A DNA stretch of 64,000 nt, taken from the NCBI RefSeq assembly GCF_026210795.1, contig NC_089429.1, positions 6,386,001 to 6,450,000 of the forward strand, written 5' to 3'. Positions 1 through 14,627 of this stretch are shown here, piece after piece. A program made the position numbers and the translations under genes. This stretch comes from Rhizophagus irregularis (taxonomy: Eukaryota). Under the pieces are notes generated by a model. That model searched no databases, was not told the DNA's origin, and saw only the letters and a list, made by a program, of their open reading frames with translations. Within the stretch, counting starts at the first letter, position 1; each line of letters opens with the position of its first letter.

Positions 1-3000
1 TAACATGCTATAAAAAGACAACAAAAGAATCACAAATAACATGTAAATCATTCCTATCGGGCAGATGGTAATTCCGGCTGCCGATCTCTAATTTTGTTTC
101 AACATATGATATTTAAAAATTCCTAACTTTTATAAGCAAGTTTATTGTCCAATAAAAAATTACTACGTGATTTCAAGTTCTAGTTAGAATTTCGTATATA
201 TATCACGTTATTTTTATTTTCAAAATTATATGATCTCAATTGAAAATTAAATTCAACTATTATTCAACTTAACGAATTAAGACATTTAACGAAATTATGA
301 CTTCATCAAATTCAAATATATTGACATATATTGAAAAATATATGATCAATTAATATAGAGAAATTACCAAAAAAAGTATCAATGTTCATATTTATTAAGA
401 ATTTGTCAATTATAAATTTTCTTATTTTTATTTGATAAACATTAAAGTTTATTTTACATATATCACTTGTAACATTCTTTTTATATTGTAATAATAAAAT
501 GGAAATTATAAATATTACCCAATTAATAATTAATTTCATTATGTTAGACAACATAGACTGGATTTGTGTAATTTTATCAATTTCATCACTAGGAAATGTT
601 ATTTAGTAATTTTTTCATTCATTATATATGAATACAATTAAATTTATGATGTACGTGCATACATGATTCTTAAAAATGTAATGTACTAATTATATATTTA
701 GTAATTGCATTGCACATAAATTTTTTTTTTAGAACAATTATGCTGTTACGCATGATTTTTTTTTTTTTTCAAAGAAATGTAGAAATGTACTAAGAATAAA
801 TTTACTTTTAATTTAATATACAATTTTTTTATAAGTAATTTTGAATTTTTTTTTTTATTTTAAATGTGATGTCTATATTTAAAACAATTGAACCATATGC
901 ATGAGACTTTTAACAATTTAAATGGTGGTATTGTCAATTTTATTTATAAATTGATATTTTACAATAAATAATACCAAATTCCATTAATTCTTACATTTTT
1001 ATAATACTCAGCCGATTAACTTTAAATTTTATGACAATACAATAATATTTGTAATAATCCTTTTAATATTCTAATCATAACCATACATATATTATTTTAT
1101 ATTCATTTATATTAAAAACTCACTGTACCTAAAGTACACTAGTTAAAGTATTATAATAAAATTTATAATATTAGGCAGCATAATTACTAGAGTTTCGTCT
1201 CAATTTTTCCAGAATTTATAATTGCAAAATCTTCTTGAATTTCTATTTCCTTGTATTTTTTTTATTTACAAAATATGTGCTAATTACTTACCATTAATTT
1301 TTATTTATCAATGGTAAATTTTCCTCCAAATTCCATTTCAAAATCTTATATAATGATCTATACATCTTACATCAATAAATTCTTTTAGTCTGTATTGAGT
1401 ATATTCATTAAATAAGCTAAAATCAAAAATAAATAGCATAAATATCCAGAGTCACTGGATTTATTTATGGTAGCTTTTGTCATGGCGAAAAAAATGGCAA
1501 AAATAACGTATAAAAGTGGTGAAAAAAAAATTGGCTTATGAAAAAGAAAAGAGAGTTTTTGTCAAAAAGAATAAAAATAAAAATGAAAGTTGAATTTCTT
1601 TGAAGATCAATTCATCATTTATCTCTTCAGTATGTTTTGACAGAGATAGCATTTACATCAAAACCAGGTAACTAAAGAATCTAGATACTGTACCAAGATG
1701 TTATGTTCAATGTCTTTACAGATTTTGCTCCTGATTTTATGCCATCCATTATGAGCTAAATCAAGAAGCAGATTGGTTACATCCATATATATTCATCTTC
1801 TATAACTTTTGATATTAATTATATATAGGCTAACATATAAAATATAATAATTTGATTTTAGGTAATTAACCAACTGAAATAATTGAATGAAAGTGTTTGA
1901 AAAACTAATGATCCAAATCTGGGTTGATAGAAAAGTATTAATGCATAGAAATAATTTAAACTATCTATGATTGAATTATAAGTGCCTTTAAAATTAAAAT
2001 TTGGACCAAAGACCTGATAAAATTCATTATGGTGAATGGATGGTAATCTGGTATTTAGTAAATCTTACTATAAAAATTAATACATTAAAAAGTTCATTCT
2101 CCGTATAATTAGATATGCTTCTGAAATTATCTAAGTTGTTCCTGTCAGTGTTGAAGTTGCTCCCATCAGTATTAAAGTTGCTCCTGGCTGTGCTAACATT
2201 GACAACATTTTATAATATTAGATAAGTCTCTTATAGGGATGATTCTACACCATTTCTTTATTTGTAAATCCTGTAGGTATTTCCGTGTTAATGAATTGTA
2301 TACTTATAGCATACATATTTTTCCATTCTGCAGAATCAATTGATATAAAAATTAAAATTTTATTTAATGTATCCTTTTTGTAAGGAGTTGATTTTTGATG
2401 AGATTTTTTGGGAAGATTGTAAACCATGATGATTGATGGATAAACAACATAATTAATAATTTGATTGATATTATTTAAGTGGTTAATAATTATTATTATT
2501 TTCTCTACTTTTTAATTTAATGAAATATAATTTTTTGTTAGACAAAAATCAATGAACTTCAGGCTTATTTATATTTAAATATTTTTTTTTTTTCACAGCA
2601 AATTGAACGAATAAGAAATCTACACGTTTAATTTTTCCAATCAAGGTCACATCCAAAACTTTGCCACATAATATTGACAAAGCCTGAAATTGCGGAAAGC
2701 TGTGCAAAAATCACAGCCACAATAATTTAAATTATCTAAAAAAGAAAAAAATCGGGTAGAAAAAAATCAACGATCTGCAGGCGATCAATTTGAATGCGCA
2801 CATGATTCTGACCATAAATTGTCACAGGGTTTTATATTATGGCACGGGTTTTATTTTACACCATTCTAGTTATTTAGAAGCCGAATAAATAATTAATATT
2901 TAATAATAAAAGGTCTTTTCAAAAACTTGGTAGTTTTACTCCTAAGTTTGTTAAAAAACTTTCAATATTATTTAATAAAGTAAAATACAATAATATAAAA

Positions 3001-3900
3001 AATAGTGCAGAATAATAATAAAAAGAATAATAATCTTTCATAAACGTAAAAACATGCATATCGATATATTTACTTGTTGGTGGCGCTTTTGTAGTGGTTG
3101 TTTTCAATTATTGAACACGTTTTGGTATAGTAGAAAACAAGTTCCGTATAAAAGATATATAAGCCAGTAAAGCCACTTTTAAGCCCCATCCTTATTTCAA
3201 TCAACTGGCAAACAAATATATAATTTTAATAATCACAAGGGTTTAATAATTGAATTTGTATCAAATTTACATCCTTCATAACCAAAAAAAAAATTATTAT
3301 TATTTCAATATTGAATCTAAATAGAGAGTAATACTAATAATGTGAAATTCAGAAATTTTATTAGATCATGAAAATTCTCTAATGTGAAAATACATTGTTA
3401 ATCAAACCTTGAATACTTAAGAACAAAGAAACAATTTTTTTTTTAGATATTAATTATTTTTCCTTCTCAGGTATTAAACATTGCTTTAGAATGGAAAAAA
3501 AGTTTTCCATGCATTGAAATAATATGTAAGCCACTCATAAGCCCTTATCTCCAGCAGATATCGTTAATAGTAATCCTATCATTGATCATTAAATTTGAAA
3601 ATATCTAGAACGTCCAGTAAATGTACCGAAATATGAAGATTTCAGACATTATCAAGACATTATCCGGACAATGAGGACAAATTTTTCCGAATTCTTGTTT
3701 CATAAGGTTGTTAATTAAACATTTTTTTCTTTATTTTATTGGTTTTTTAACAAAGTAATTAAGTATTCCTTTACTTTTTGTCATTTCTTTATTTTTTGAA
3801 AATTTTTTTCGACAACCCGCTACTCTTGATTCCTAAAATAATATAATGTATCGCTACTAAAGCAAGTTTATTTTTTCTTTTAAGAATAAGTAAAATATTG

Positions 3901-4162
3901 CCCTATAAAAAGGAATGTTTGGAAAATTTACGTAAAATAAATGTAAAATGTACAATAAACATAAAATGTCTATAGAATGTCCATAAAATATATAGAAAAT
4001 ATACAAAATGTGCTCACTTTATACAAAACGTACAAAAAAGTATATGAGCCCTCTTTGCATATTTCCTATGTATTTTATGGACATTTTATAGATATTTTAT
4101 GTGCACTGTACATTTTACATTTATTTTATATATGTTATTATGAGTGTTCCTTTTTTATAGGG
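3901..4162. mobile_element. Fold-back MITE, CACTA/CMC-like termini
   Basis: Starts CCCTATAAAAAGGAA and ends TTCCTTTTTTATAGGG. The interior is a near full-length imperfect palindrome. 3-bp flanks TTG/ATG differ by one base. Confidence 0.75.
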
Positions 4163-4669
4163 ATGTTCTTAAGTCAAGTAATTAATAAAAAATTAGATAT
4201 ATTTACTCACACTGAATCCGGACAATAATTTGGTAGTAGTGACTTTATTTTGTATGAATAAATTAATGGGACAAATCAGTTATAAAAATTAACTTAATAG
4301 CTTGTTTTTTTGTAGAATAAATTGAAAATTTTCAAGCTATGAAAGATTGATTGGCTAATAAATAATCTTCATGATATATGCAGTGTGTCAGTATTTATTT
4401 ACTTGAAAATTGTATCAGTTATTACAAATTTTACAAGCTAAACAAATGATACATTATTGTTTTTTATTCATCATGATAAAAAATTTTCCCTTCATTTACT
4501 GTAATTAATACAATTCTATGAGTTTTATAGGATAGAACAAATTACTATTAACCTGTATTATGTACTTTTAAATGATATCTAGAAATTTAAAGATTATCTT
4601 GTCAAAAATTTGATACCATTTTATTCCATAATAAAGAACGAAATTATTACTTGAAATATAAAATAATTA

Positions 4670-4734
4670 CACTATAAAAAAAATTCTGGAAAAAACTCTG
4701 ATAAAATCATTTTTTCTGAAAATTTTTTATAGGG
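4670..4734. mobile_element. Mini CACTA-type MITE
   Basis: CACTATAAAAA...TTTTTATAGGG with an exact 3-bp TSD TTA (4667-4669 / 4735-4737). Same family as 45425-45534 and 62736-62833. Confidence 0.75.
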
Positions 4735-5221
4735 TTAAACTTTCCTATGCATAATATTATTTGTCTTACATAAATTTGTTCTTGTAATGATAAATTTCTC
4801 TATAGTTAGCAATGTTGAGTCATAATTGCTAATGTCAATATGAATTAAAAATTTATAAAATTGATTCATTAGCCAGATCAAAATCTTTCAATCTGAAAAA
4901 AATATTATGAAATAAATGAAATTTTTAAGTTTTTTTTTTAATAAATGGATTTAGAAATAATGTAGTTATACAAATTTTTTATAAGCGACCACTAATATTA
5001 GATTTCGCATTAGTCTTATTTCAGAAGTGTACTATATATACTTTGTAAGTGTTCAAGCCTGTTTTTCACTGGACTAAGGAAGTGGATTGATAAGCACATG
5101 ATTTAGCAGATTATTATTACGATTAATTAAAAGCTTTATTTTAACAATTAAGTATAAATCTTTATTATTATATTCGTTTTAATCATTTAAATATTATAAT
5201 TTATAAGTGCCAAATTATTAA

Positions 5222-6377
5222 TATAATAAGGAGGAACTAATTCGCCTGTAGATAAATCAGCTAGCTTCCATTTACCTGCAAATCTTTTGTGGGTGCTTTT
5301 GAGTAGATATAAATGTTTTCAATGATGTATTATTTATGGTCAATTCATTTTCATCATTTTCCAAATTATCATCATTTCAAGATTGATTTCCATAAATTAA
5401 TATTTGCTCAAAAGACTGAGAGATTTCATCGTCTATATCCTCCTTTTCACTATTAAATTCGCCTTCTTCATAATTATCGCTGTTTTCAATTTGGTGTGAT
5501 AGTGTAACACCACTAAAAATAATCAATTTTTAAAAATTTGTGAATACCCGTGATTTTTTTAAATAATCATCTAGAAAAGGGTTGATTACCTATGATTACC
5601 GGGGGAAATCATGGAAAATTCCCAATTATTTGAGTAGTTTACTTATAAAAAACTGTTATTGTTACACAAAGTTAAAAAACTTGCGTATAAGTAAACTACT
5701 CGAAAAATTGAGATTTTTCTATAATTTCCACTGGTATTCACAAGTTATTAACTATTTTCTAAATGATTTTTTAGAAAAATCATGGGTATTCACAAAATTT
5801 TGATGATCATATTTTTATAGGAGTGCTAGCTGTGATCGCACTAAATTGAAAACAGCAATAATTGATTTATCTTGCTATCCGATTCCTTATATTAGAGTTG
5901 TACTTCATTATTTCTATGTGCTTGATCAATATTAGTTTCTCTTTTTTATTATATACATATATTTAGTTTTTTATTATAGTTATTAGGCGCATAGACGGAA
6001 ATCGGATGGTTGCTAAGATCAAAGGGGCAAATCGTCTGATCGGGATTTGTTCAATAGGCAAATTAGTACCAGATTCAATAACACCTTTTATTTGCACCAT
6101 CGATAGCACTTTTTCATACTAAAAGGAATAATAATAAATTATAAAAATGTTTCGCAACATTTTTTATTAATACAAGAATGTACCTTTAAAAAATGTTATT
6201 TAAATTAATTCATTTTATATTAACCTTAAGTTGATTTCTTCTGTTTGAATGTAAATGACCATTGAAGATCATAATCTCTCTACTGATGCAACGTTTACAC
6301 AATGCTCATAATTTTATATGCAACAAGACCCAATTCTTTATAATGTTGTGAAATCAGCTCTAATATGTAAAAAGATC
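5222..6377 (-). pseudogene. hAT-family transposase remnant (C-terminal dimerisation region plus acidic tail)
   Basis: Segment 6226-6377 (-) reads, across frameshifts, ELGLVAYKIMSI..ASVERL*SSM..HLHSNRRNQLK, resembling the hATC S-x-ER-x-F-S motif. An acidic tail ending GKWKLADL...PPYYI lies near 5222-5300. Stops and insertions are present. Confidence 0.65.
5511..5821. mobile_element. Fold-back CACTA-type MITE inserted in the hAT remnant
   Basis: Begins CACTAAAAAT and ends ATTTTTATAGG. Long internal inverted arms (TTTGTGAATACCC/GGGTATTCACAAA; GAGTAGTTTACTTATA/TATAAGTAAACTACTC). Confidence 0.7.
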
Positions 6378-6658
6378 TGAAAAATGAATAGAATTTTGAT
6401 AATCAAAAATAGTAGATGGCATATTTTCTGTCCAAACAATATAATAGTATAATGTATATTCACTTAAACCAACTCAATTACGCCTTGATAAACCTGTATT
6501 TAGGATATCAATAATCGATATCCTGGATGTAATATCCAAGATAATATTAAAGTAGTTGTTCCCACTGCTTTCATCATTTTTCAAGACATTCACAGAATTT
6601 ACCAGCAAGACTAACTTATTCTATTAGAAAAACAATAAATAAAATCATGTGCTATCTA

Positions 6659-7913
6659 GGTAAACATAGCTTGAGCTTGAATTTTATTAATTAATGCCGA
6701 AGTGACTTTAGAGAAACACAGAGTGATCTAAAAAGCACCGCAATAAGTGCAGAACTAATAGAAAAACAAAGAACAAATAATCTTCCAAAATTACATATAA
6801 GAAAAGCTAAGATTATAAACCCCACCCTCTCTATATAAATAACTACAGCTACTCCCCCCAAATATATCTCAAAATGGGTAAAGTCGACTATGCTATACGT
6901 AATCCATCCAGCGCCGTACCCACTCCTAGAATCGGTAAAGAACCTCCGAGCTACCATTAGCACTATCAGAAACGCATAAAATTCAACTTCCCCTATTTGA
7001 CTACATACTATAGATAACAAACCTATTTCACAAAGACCTCCGGGAACTTTTAGTGTCATGCAGTCCAGCCGATGGAGAACTTTTTAGTGTCGTGCAATCC
7101 CCGAAGGGACACCCACCTCATTGCAAACAATCCCAAACGGAGGACACCCACCTCATTGCGAATGATCCTTCGACCTAAGATCTACCTAGATAAGTCAATC
7201 CAATGATAGTCCAACATGTGACCACTATGATCAGCATACTACAAAAACTGCAGTACCCAACCTGTCACCTCCTTATCACCCGAATGATGATCGATTTTAA
7301 AAATTGTAACACCAAGCCACCATGACGATCAAATTTTCCAGTATCCCCCACCCCCAAAGAAAATAAGGTTACACCAAAAAAAGCGACCAAGAAAAACAAA
7401 AAGCAAAAAAATAAAGACATAAACCTCAGGAAAACTCGAAGTGCAATGAGAAAAACCTGAGTAAAATTCACCAAACATACACCTCTACTCCGTCTCCTTA
7501 TTTTAGAAAACTAACTCCCCAGTTAACAACATCAACTAGCAAGAAATACGTTAATCAGGAGCTCCTTCCAAGAAATACCGGTCCGGCCTGCAAACCACTT
7601 GGCCAGTTAGACTTTAAAGGCATAGGAACCAAGACGCACTACTTTTCAACCTTTCAGAAAGCCCAGGGAACGTTCATATGGAACTGCCATCTTACAGTAT
7701 TATTGGTAACTCCAAGACTCATGATAACGGTCCTAACTCAATATAAGCCGTAAGGAGTTTGGGTGAAACTAAAGACCTCGGTAATAACTTTATATAACGT
7801 CGAAAAGTCCTTTTACTATCACTCAAGGCAAAAAATCCTCATATTTTTCATCCACAACTTCATGGGAAAAAATGGGCAGAGCCCAACGGGGAAGAAAGTA
7901 CGATCATAAGTTT
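6659..7913 (-). mobile_element. Insertion flanked by a 12-bp direct repeat; probable 5'-truncated non-LTR retroelement 3' end
   Basis: ATGTGCTATCTA at 6647-6658 and 7914-7925 brackets a GC-richer, strand-skewed 1.25-kb segment with no TIRs. Superfamily assignment is inference. Confidence 0.55.
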
Positions 7914-8672
7914 ATGTGCTATCTAATTATCCCCTTTTTTGATCTTATTGAGATATTGTTCACATTTTTTCAACAAAATAATAAAATTTACCTATTTTAC
8001 AATTACCAATTATAGAAAAAATGATGACAACATATTTGATTTTCCCTCTTATAATCTATACAGTATTATACCATACGTCTTTATCAATTAAGTTTAGGAA
8101 TACCTTTAAGAAATAATTTTATGTGAATCTATAGAAATGAAGTTATGAAGTATACAAAAATTTTAAATAAAAATATCTATTTCTTTTTCTTTTATGAAAA
8201 TTAATAATTGAAGCTTATCAAAAAAAAAAAAGATTTTTTGTAAACTCCCACCATACCACAAAATTATCACCTATGGTTTAACTTACATTTTTAGTGAAAT
8301 TTAACAATAATAATAATATACATATTCTCAAAAGTTATGATACTTGGATCAGCAAACTCTTTCCTAAGTTTTTTGACTTAAACTCGAAAAACTATATTTT
8401 AAGACTGAGTAATATGTAATTTGAATTTAGTTTTCAGCAACTGATACTTAAAAAAGTCAACATACTGCATATATACTGCCTATACTATATAAAAATAATG
8501 TTAATGCCCATCAGATATCTGCTTTTTTCAAGCAAAAAATAGTTTAATTTTTGAAATTATATCATATATTATAAAGCGTTTTGAGAACTTGTATGTAACA
8601 ATAATATAACCATCATAATAGGACCAGAAATATATATGTATCAACTGAAGTGATTCAGAAAATTGTTTTTCA

Positions 8673-8810
8673 GGGCCGAAATTATGCTAATCTCAGTCAG
8701 TTACCAAGTAGGTAATAAAATTTTGACTGGCATTATCTAAAGAAATTATCTAAAAAGGAAAGATCTACCCGATTTTTTGTCAAAAATACGCATACTCGCT
8801 ACCTTATCCT
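8673..8810 (+). repeat. Dispersed repeat family 'GGGCCGAAATTAT', copy 1
   Basis: Shares GGGCCGAAATTAT...GGCATTATCTA...AAAAGGAAAGA.CTAC with 34635-34760 (+) and 22685-22766 (-). Confidence 0.7.
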
Positions 8811-9099
8811 TTAGAGATTCTATTGTAATATAAAACTTTGTTTATTAAACTAGGTGCTTAATGTTTGTTACATTTACAGCAAAAGCCCTGTTTCCACATA
8901 GCCCCGAATTTTGCCAAAAAAATTGCGCCACGCGTCACTTTTAGCTCTGCCACATTTTTGTATATATAAACCTCTTGTTTTTATTCAACTTAAAAAATTT
9001 ACTTCTACTCAACACTTATATTTAATTACCCACTTTACTGAATAGTTTGATATTCTATTATTAAAAAAATTTTCCAGCAAATTAACTTATGCTTAAAAT

Positions 9100-11500
9100 G
9101 AAAAATTTCTCCCACTTAATACTTATACACCTTAGTATTAATATAAAATAAAAAATTATTTTTCTTATCCATAGATTCACTCCAAAGATTAAGCTAGACC
9201 TGAGATGGTCTAACAAATTATTTTTAATCATTTGTATTGATTGCATCAGCAAATTATGTGATTGGAATTTTTCATTAATTTAATAATAAACATTCACTTT
9301 ATTCACATCAAACCCATTTAATCATATTTTTATGTTAACAAGTTTTTCTTATTTTAAATAATTTTTTTAGATTAAACAATCATATACTTCTATATTCTTC
9401 TAATTTTTACTTTTTAGAGACAAATGGATCAACTGGATGTATTTCACTCAAAAACTGTCCATTTCTTGAATAAATTTCAAGGAATTAAACATTAACAGTA
9501 TTCAAATAAATGCTAAGAATATTTTTGAAAAGAATAATAAAGAATATATTCTGATCGATTATTCAACATAGCATATAGGATTGTTAAGTTTATACAATAT
9601 ATTGTACAATCAATAATCTTTAAATGATCATTTAATTTAAATTTTTAGTTATGCATTTAAGTTATTTCTTAATTAACAACTCTTCTCACTTGAAACTTCA
9701 GTGAATTACTATATTTATAATTATCACTATCTAAAACATGCATGAAATTTTTTTATTAAAATAGTAATATGAACAAATATATTTGATAATACACATTTCT
9801 TTACCAACTATATTAATGGATAATTCAATTTTATTTATATAATTTGGGCTCTTTAATCATTTTCAAACATTTGTTCACTATATTTTATTAAAAGTCACAT
9901 TTTCTTTTGTTTATTAGGTGTCCCATTTTTTACTTTCAGCTATTAGACATCACATCTTTGTAATTAAGCTTTCATTTAGAAAATTAAAGAACTTTTGACT
10001 TTAAACCCTTATCTGATGATATATTCTAAAGAAAACTATGTATTACTGTTTATTGCTCATGATTTTCCCCACTTAGATAGAAATCAATATACAATTGATA
10101 AGAAAAAGGAACATTTCATAATATAATTAATATACATTATAAATTTGGATGTATGAAGGGTATATGAACATTTCAACAATTTAAATATAGCAAACATACA
10201 TATATAAAGACAAATTTCTCTTGAAATATTCTTGGACTTATATATAAAGATTTATTGAAAATAAAATTTAAATATCCTATTTACAGCCTTTGCAAATAAC
10301 ATAATTTGGACATGAATAGCTAATTCCGAAGAGCAATTCTAGATACTATATAATGGATTTTATTAATAAATAGCAAAATAAATGAGAAAATATAATTAAA
10401 TAATTTTCAGTTGCTAAAGGATAGAACTTACATCAATGATAATATTTCAGTACATCAGATTTACCAAATAATTTTCATTATATAAACTCAAATATCAGTA
10501 ATATCTCAACAATAAAATCAAGTTATAAGATACCTGTCTAGAAGGAAAAGAAGTCATTATTACAACTAAATTAGGATTGAAAGATATAATCTATTCTTGT
10601 CACTTTGTTTAGAATTAGATAGTACAACCTATTTCCTATTATACAGAAATTTGTATATAAAATGGAAGCCCAAAAATCACAAGATTAATTCAAGAAAAAT
10701 TAAGTTACCTCTATCTTTTTATGTTCAAGTGGTCCCTTTTACTTTTCCAAAACAAGGAAGTATTGAAAAAAAATAACAACTCCACTTTTTTTAACTATTT
10801 TATAATAAGCATTCTTATATATATAACCATTGGATTCACACCAGATGAATGTTTTTATTTTTAGTTACAATAAGGAAATTTTATGTTTCTTATATTTTAT
10901 TGAGAACATTATAGATATTATAGAAACAATTCAAAAAAATGACTTTGCGTATGAATCCATATCTGTTAGCTCTACTTCTAGTTGATTTAACAACAGCTTG
11001 AGGGTTAAGCATTTTTCTTTATTTTTTCTTAAAAAAATTTTTTTTAAAAATTGATTGGTCTGATTCTTAAAATATGTCAATCTATTTTTGTCAAGTAATT
11101 AAGCCATTTATGACAATAATACATGCTTTATTCATCATCAAAAATTAATATAAATTCCAAAGTTAGCAAAAAAAAAAGCTTTACTAATTTTCACACAATG
11201 GTAAACCATCGATAAAATCCCACAAATCATCACAGATTCATAAAAAAATAGAAAATGCAAGCATATTAAAGCCTTAAAAAGTAAAGAAGAAGAACAGAAA
11301 ATTCAAACTTATTCACAATTTAAAAGTAAAATATCTATTTTATTGGATAATACTACATATATATGTTGGACAATTTAAGAGATTATTATAACAAATTTAA
11401 AAGAATAGAAACATTAAATATTCAGAATATATAAAATTTTTAGGAAATTATCAATAAAGAGAATGCAAAGAGCAATGATGATTAAGGTTATAAATCTGAT
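9100..11500 (+). mobile_element. Highly degenerate LINE-like (endonuclease/RT) remnant
   Basis: ~10283-10340 reads TAFANNIIWT*IANSEEQ, resembling the RT AFADD..WIA motif with GAT/GAC changed to AAT/AAC. ~9804-9830 reads PTILMDNS, resembling the endonuclease ILMGDFN motif. Boundaries approximate. Confidence 0.35.
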
Positions 11501-12926
11501 TATGAATATTTTTTGCAACAGTATCATAACAAGTAATGAAATGAAAACAAAGCGTTTAAAATGGAAGATAACTTTCTATATTATAGCGAATCATTTAAGC
11601 AAATTTTATACTATAATATTCTTAATATAATCTATCATTTAGGAAATTTATTAATATAATATTAATTATTATGAAAGTTTAATCAGGCTAGCAATTTTTG
11701 AAAAATTATGTGTTCAAAATTGCATATTGTATAACCTGATATTCAAGAAGCTTCAAGCAAAGTATCTAGCAAAACTTTAATGTTTTTTTAAGAAGAGCCA
11801 GGAGATATTATTTTATTGCATCCCATTGTGAGAAAGGTTCATGGAGAAGTTGTGATATCGCTTCAACTTTTTGGGAGGAAATTTCGGAAGAAAGGTGGGA
11901 ACAACTTTTAGGTAGTTTGAAGTTAAAAGAAAGTTGGTGTTAAGAATCATAGTATTTTTTCAGCTATTAAACAAAAATTTGGAATTGTAATAATTCTAAT
12001 TTGGCAAAGAAAAACCATCAGCTAGAAACATACTACTACCTGGGAAGGATCAAGAATTCAGAAAGACACACGAATAATTTTTTGATCTTGAAAATTTATT
12101 TTTAAAAAATAATTGTCACTTAGTTCAGGTAAAAAGAAAAAGAAAAAAGTAATGTAACCCAATTTTTTCAATCGACAATTCAACTAATAAGCATTTAAAA
12201 AGAGTCCGTCATATGGAAAAAAATCACATAAAATATAAATTTTTAGAGGGTTATTTAACCAGGAGCAAATTAACAAAATTGAAATGGATACAGTGAAACT
12301 GCTTTATGCATGTAGTATTATAATAAGTGTCATTATAAAAAGACATCCTATAAAAAACTTATCAGAAAATATGAAAAAAAGTTTTTTTATAGAAGACAAT
12401 GAAGTATTTCAGATTAATATTTAATTTGTTTAAAATGTAAAAAAATTAGAGAAATGAAAGAACAAAGCAAGTTAAGTAGATATCAAGTAATTTTGGATAA
12501 ACTATATTGAATAAAATCATCATTTCTTTCTAAATTAAATATATATATTAAATTATTTTTAAGAATTATGAAAGAATTAATAGATAATGATGAGTTGAAT
12601 TACTAGTATAGACAGAGAATAAATCATACAATAGACTTTAAATTTAAATGGATATATAATTTTGAAAATTTCTTATAAGTTCCAGAATTATTTTTTTTAA
12701 TAACATTATACTAGAAAATGATAGTTTGAAAGTTTACTACAATTAATTGGAATAATCTTATAATATATTTCCGCCATTATTCAATGATCCAGAGTCATAC
12801 ATCCCTTCAGGGAGTTAAATTTAATAGAAGAAGAAAATAAGACATTTATATATTTTCATAATATTTATATTCTATTTTCAAACAATGACTGCATCTCCCT
12901 CATACCTTCCATCACTGAGGCCCATA

Positions 12927-13230
12927 GAAAGGAGGAGAATATTAATATTTGGAGTTGGGAAAGAAATTATTAATTAAATATCTATTGTATAATAATAGTG
13001 ATGATATGCATAATTTCTTTAAGACACATTAAGATTATTAATTTTATTACTAAAAAAAGAATTTAAAAAGGAGGAGAATAACAATATTTGGAGTTGGGAA
13101 CTATTGTATAATAGTAATGATATAGAATAGCAATATTTGGAGTTGGAGAAAGAAATTATCAATCAAATATTTATTGTATAATAGTGATGATAAGCATAAT
13201 TTCTTTAAAAATTATTGATTTTATTACTAA
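12927..13230. repeat. Degenerate local duplication (about 3 partial copies)
   Basis: Recurring AATATTTGGAGTTGG...AAATTAT...TATTGTATAATAGTGATGATA..CATAATTTCTTTAA blocks. Confidence 0.6.
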
Positions 13231-14627
13231 TCTATTTGAACATCACAAGTGCTCAATAATCATAACATATGACTTTTGAAGCATAATATGGCATGGATTA
13301 AGCCCTTTAATATGGCAAATCTTTTATAACTGGTTTAAGACAACCCATTCTTAGATTAAATTATAAATATACTAGTGGTCAGATTACATCAACTCAACAT
13401 AATGATAAGCCTGATAATTTTACCAGTGGTCAGATTATACAAATTATAAATGAACAATAATAATATGCAGGTTGGCTTGATGAGACAAGATCAAGCCATA
13501 CGAGCGGTAAATTCGAGACAACCAGTTAGATACTGGGTTAGATGCCAACTATAGCTCTGCAAACATATTTAATTAATGGAATTATAATTCTAATTAATAC
13601 ACAATTTAAATATTTGTGCTTATAATATAGATTTCTGTGTAAAGTAAAGTACCATACATTAGCAAACTTTATACTTGATTAATTATTAGGTGATATTGTC
13701 AGCCTTAATATATATAGTATTAAAAAAAATTACAAATCAAGATTTTTTTTTTCCGCCAATGAATTCGAGCTTCAAAGATTCAGAAATTAAAGCTTGGAAA
13801 CAAAAAGTTGCCATTGAAAAATGTTATGATAAGCTATTTAAAAAAATAAGTCCGAAAGGACATGAAATGTATTATCTAGTAATTGCATCTTTAGTTTATT
13901 TGTATTGCATTTTTTTTTGAAAAAAAAAATACACAATAATATGTGCATAAAAAGGTTTGGCTTGTTCCTGGTATGCCTCAGTACATATATCTTATTGTTG
14001 AAAGGTTGATTATTTAGTCGATCAGTATAATTAACTTTTTGAATTTAAAAGTAAAATAATCTCTTATATCCATCATTTTGATACACAAATTTAATTCTCT
14101 TATCAACTATTTTACTTTTTTGTGTATACAGATGATTCTCACTTTTCCAATAAAATCATGTTTTATTATGAAAAATTAATGTAATTAAAAAATCGTAATA
14201 ATAAAAGTTTTATTCATAAAATTATTTTTTTTTGTATCAAGATTATATGATTTTTAATTTGATTTGAGAAAATAAAAATAACATGGTCTAATCCTTGATA
14301 TGTATACAAATCATAACCCATTACATAACAATTTTTTATTGGAATTATTTAAAATTTACAAATAATTATATATTTATCTACTTTATGATGTAACAAATAA
14401 AATATCAGCAGATGGCAGGCTAGAATTACATTCATCCGCTTGATTGGACAAAGGATTTATTGGAATGATTTATATAACACATTATTGTTGGTTCTTTTGT
14501 TGTCTTTTTATAAAATACCAAATAAATTTGTACAACAAAAATTGAAAATTTATTCCATTTTTTGAAATGAAAGCAAACCCCCTTTTCTTTTACTAATGTG
14601 GAATGATTAAAAATATTTTCAGGAAAT

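Noticed and set aside
1600..2430. Possible minus-strand gene remnant including ORF 2245-2427
   Set aside because: Fragmentary, with many stops and no recognisable motif.
13690..13920. ORF with IKAWKQKVAIEKCYDKLFKK
   Set aside because: Isolated fragment with a non-ATG start and no supporting exons.
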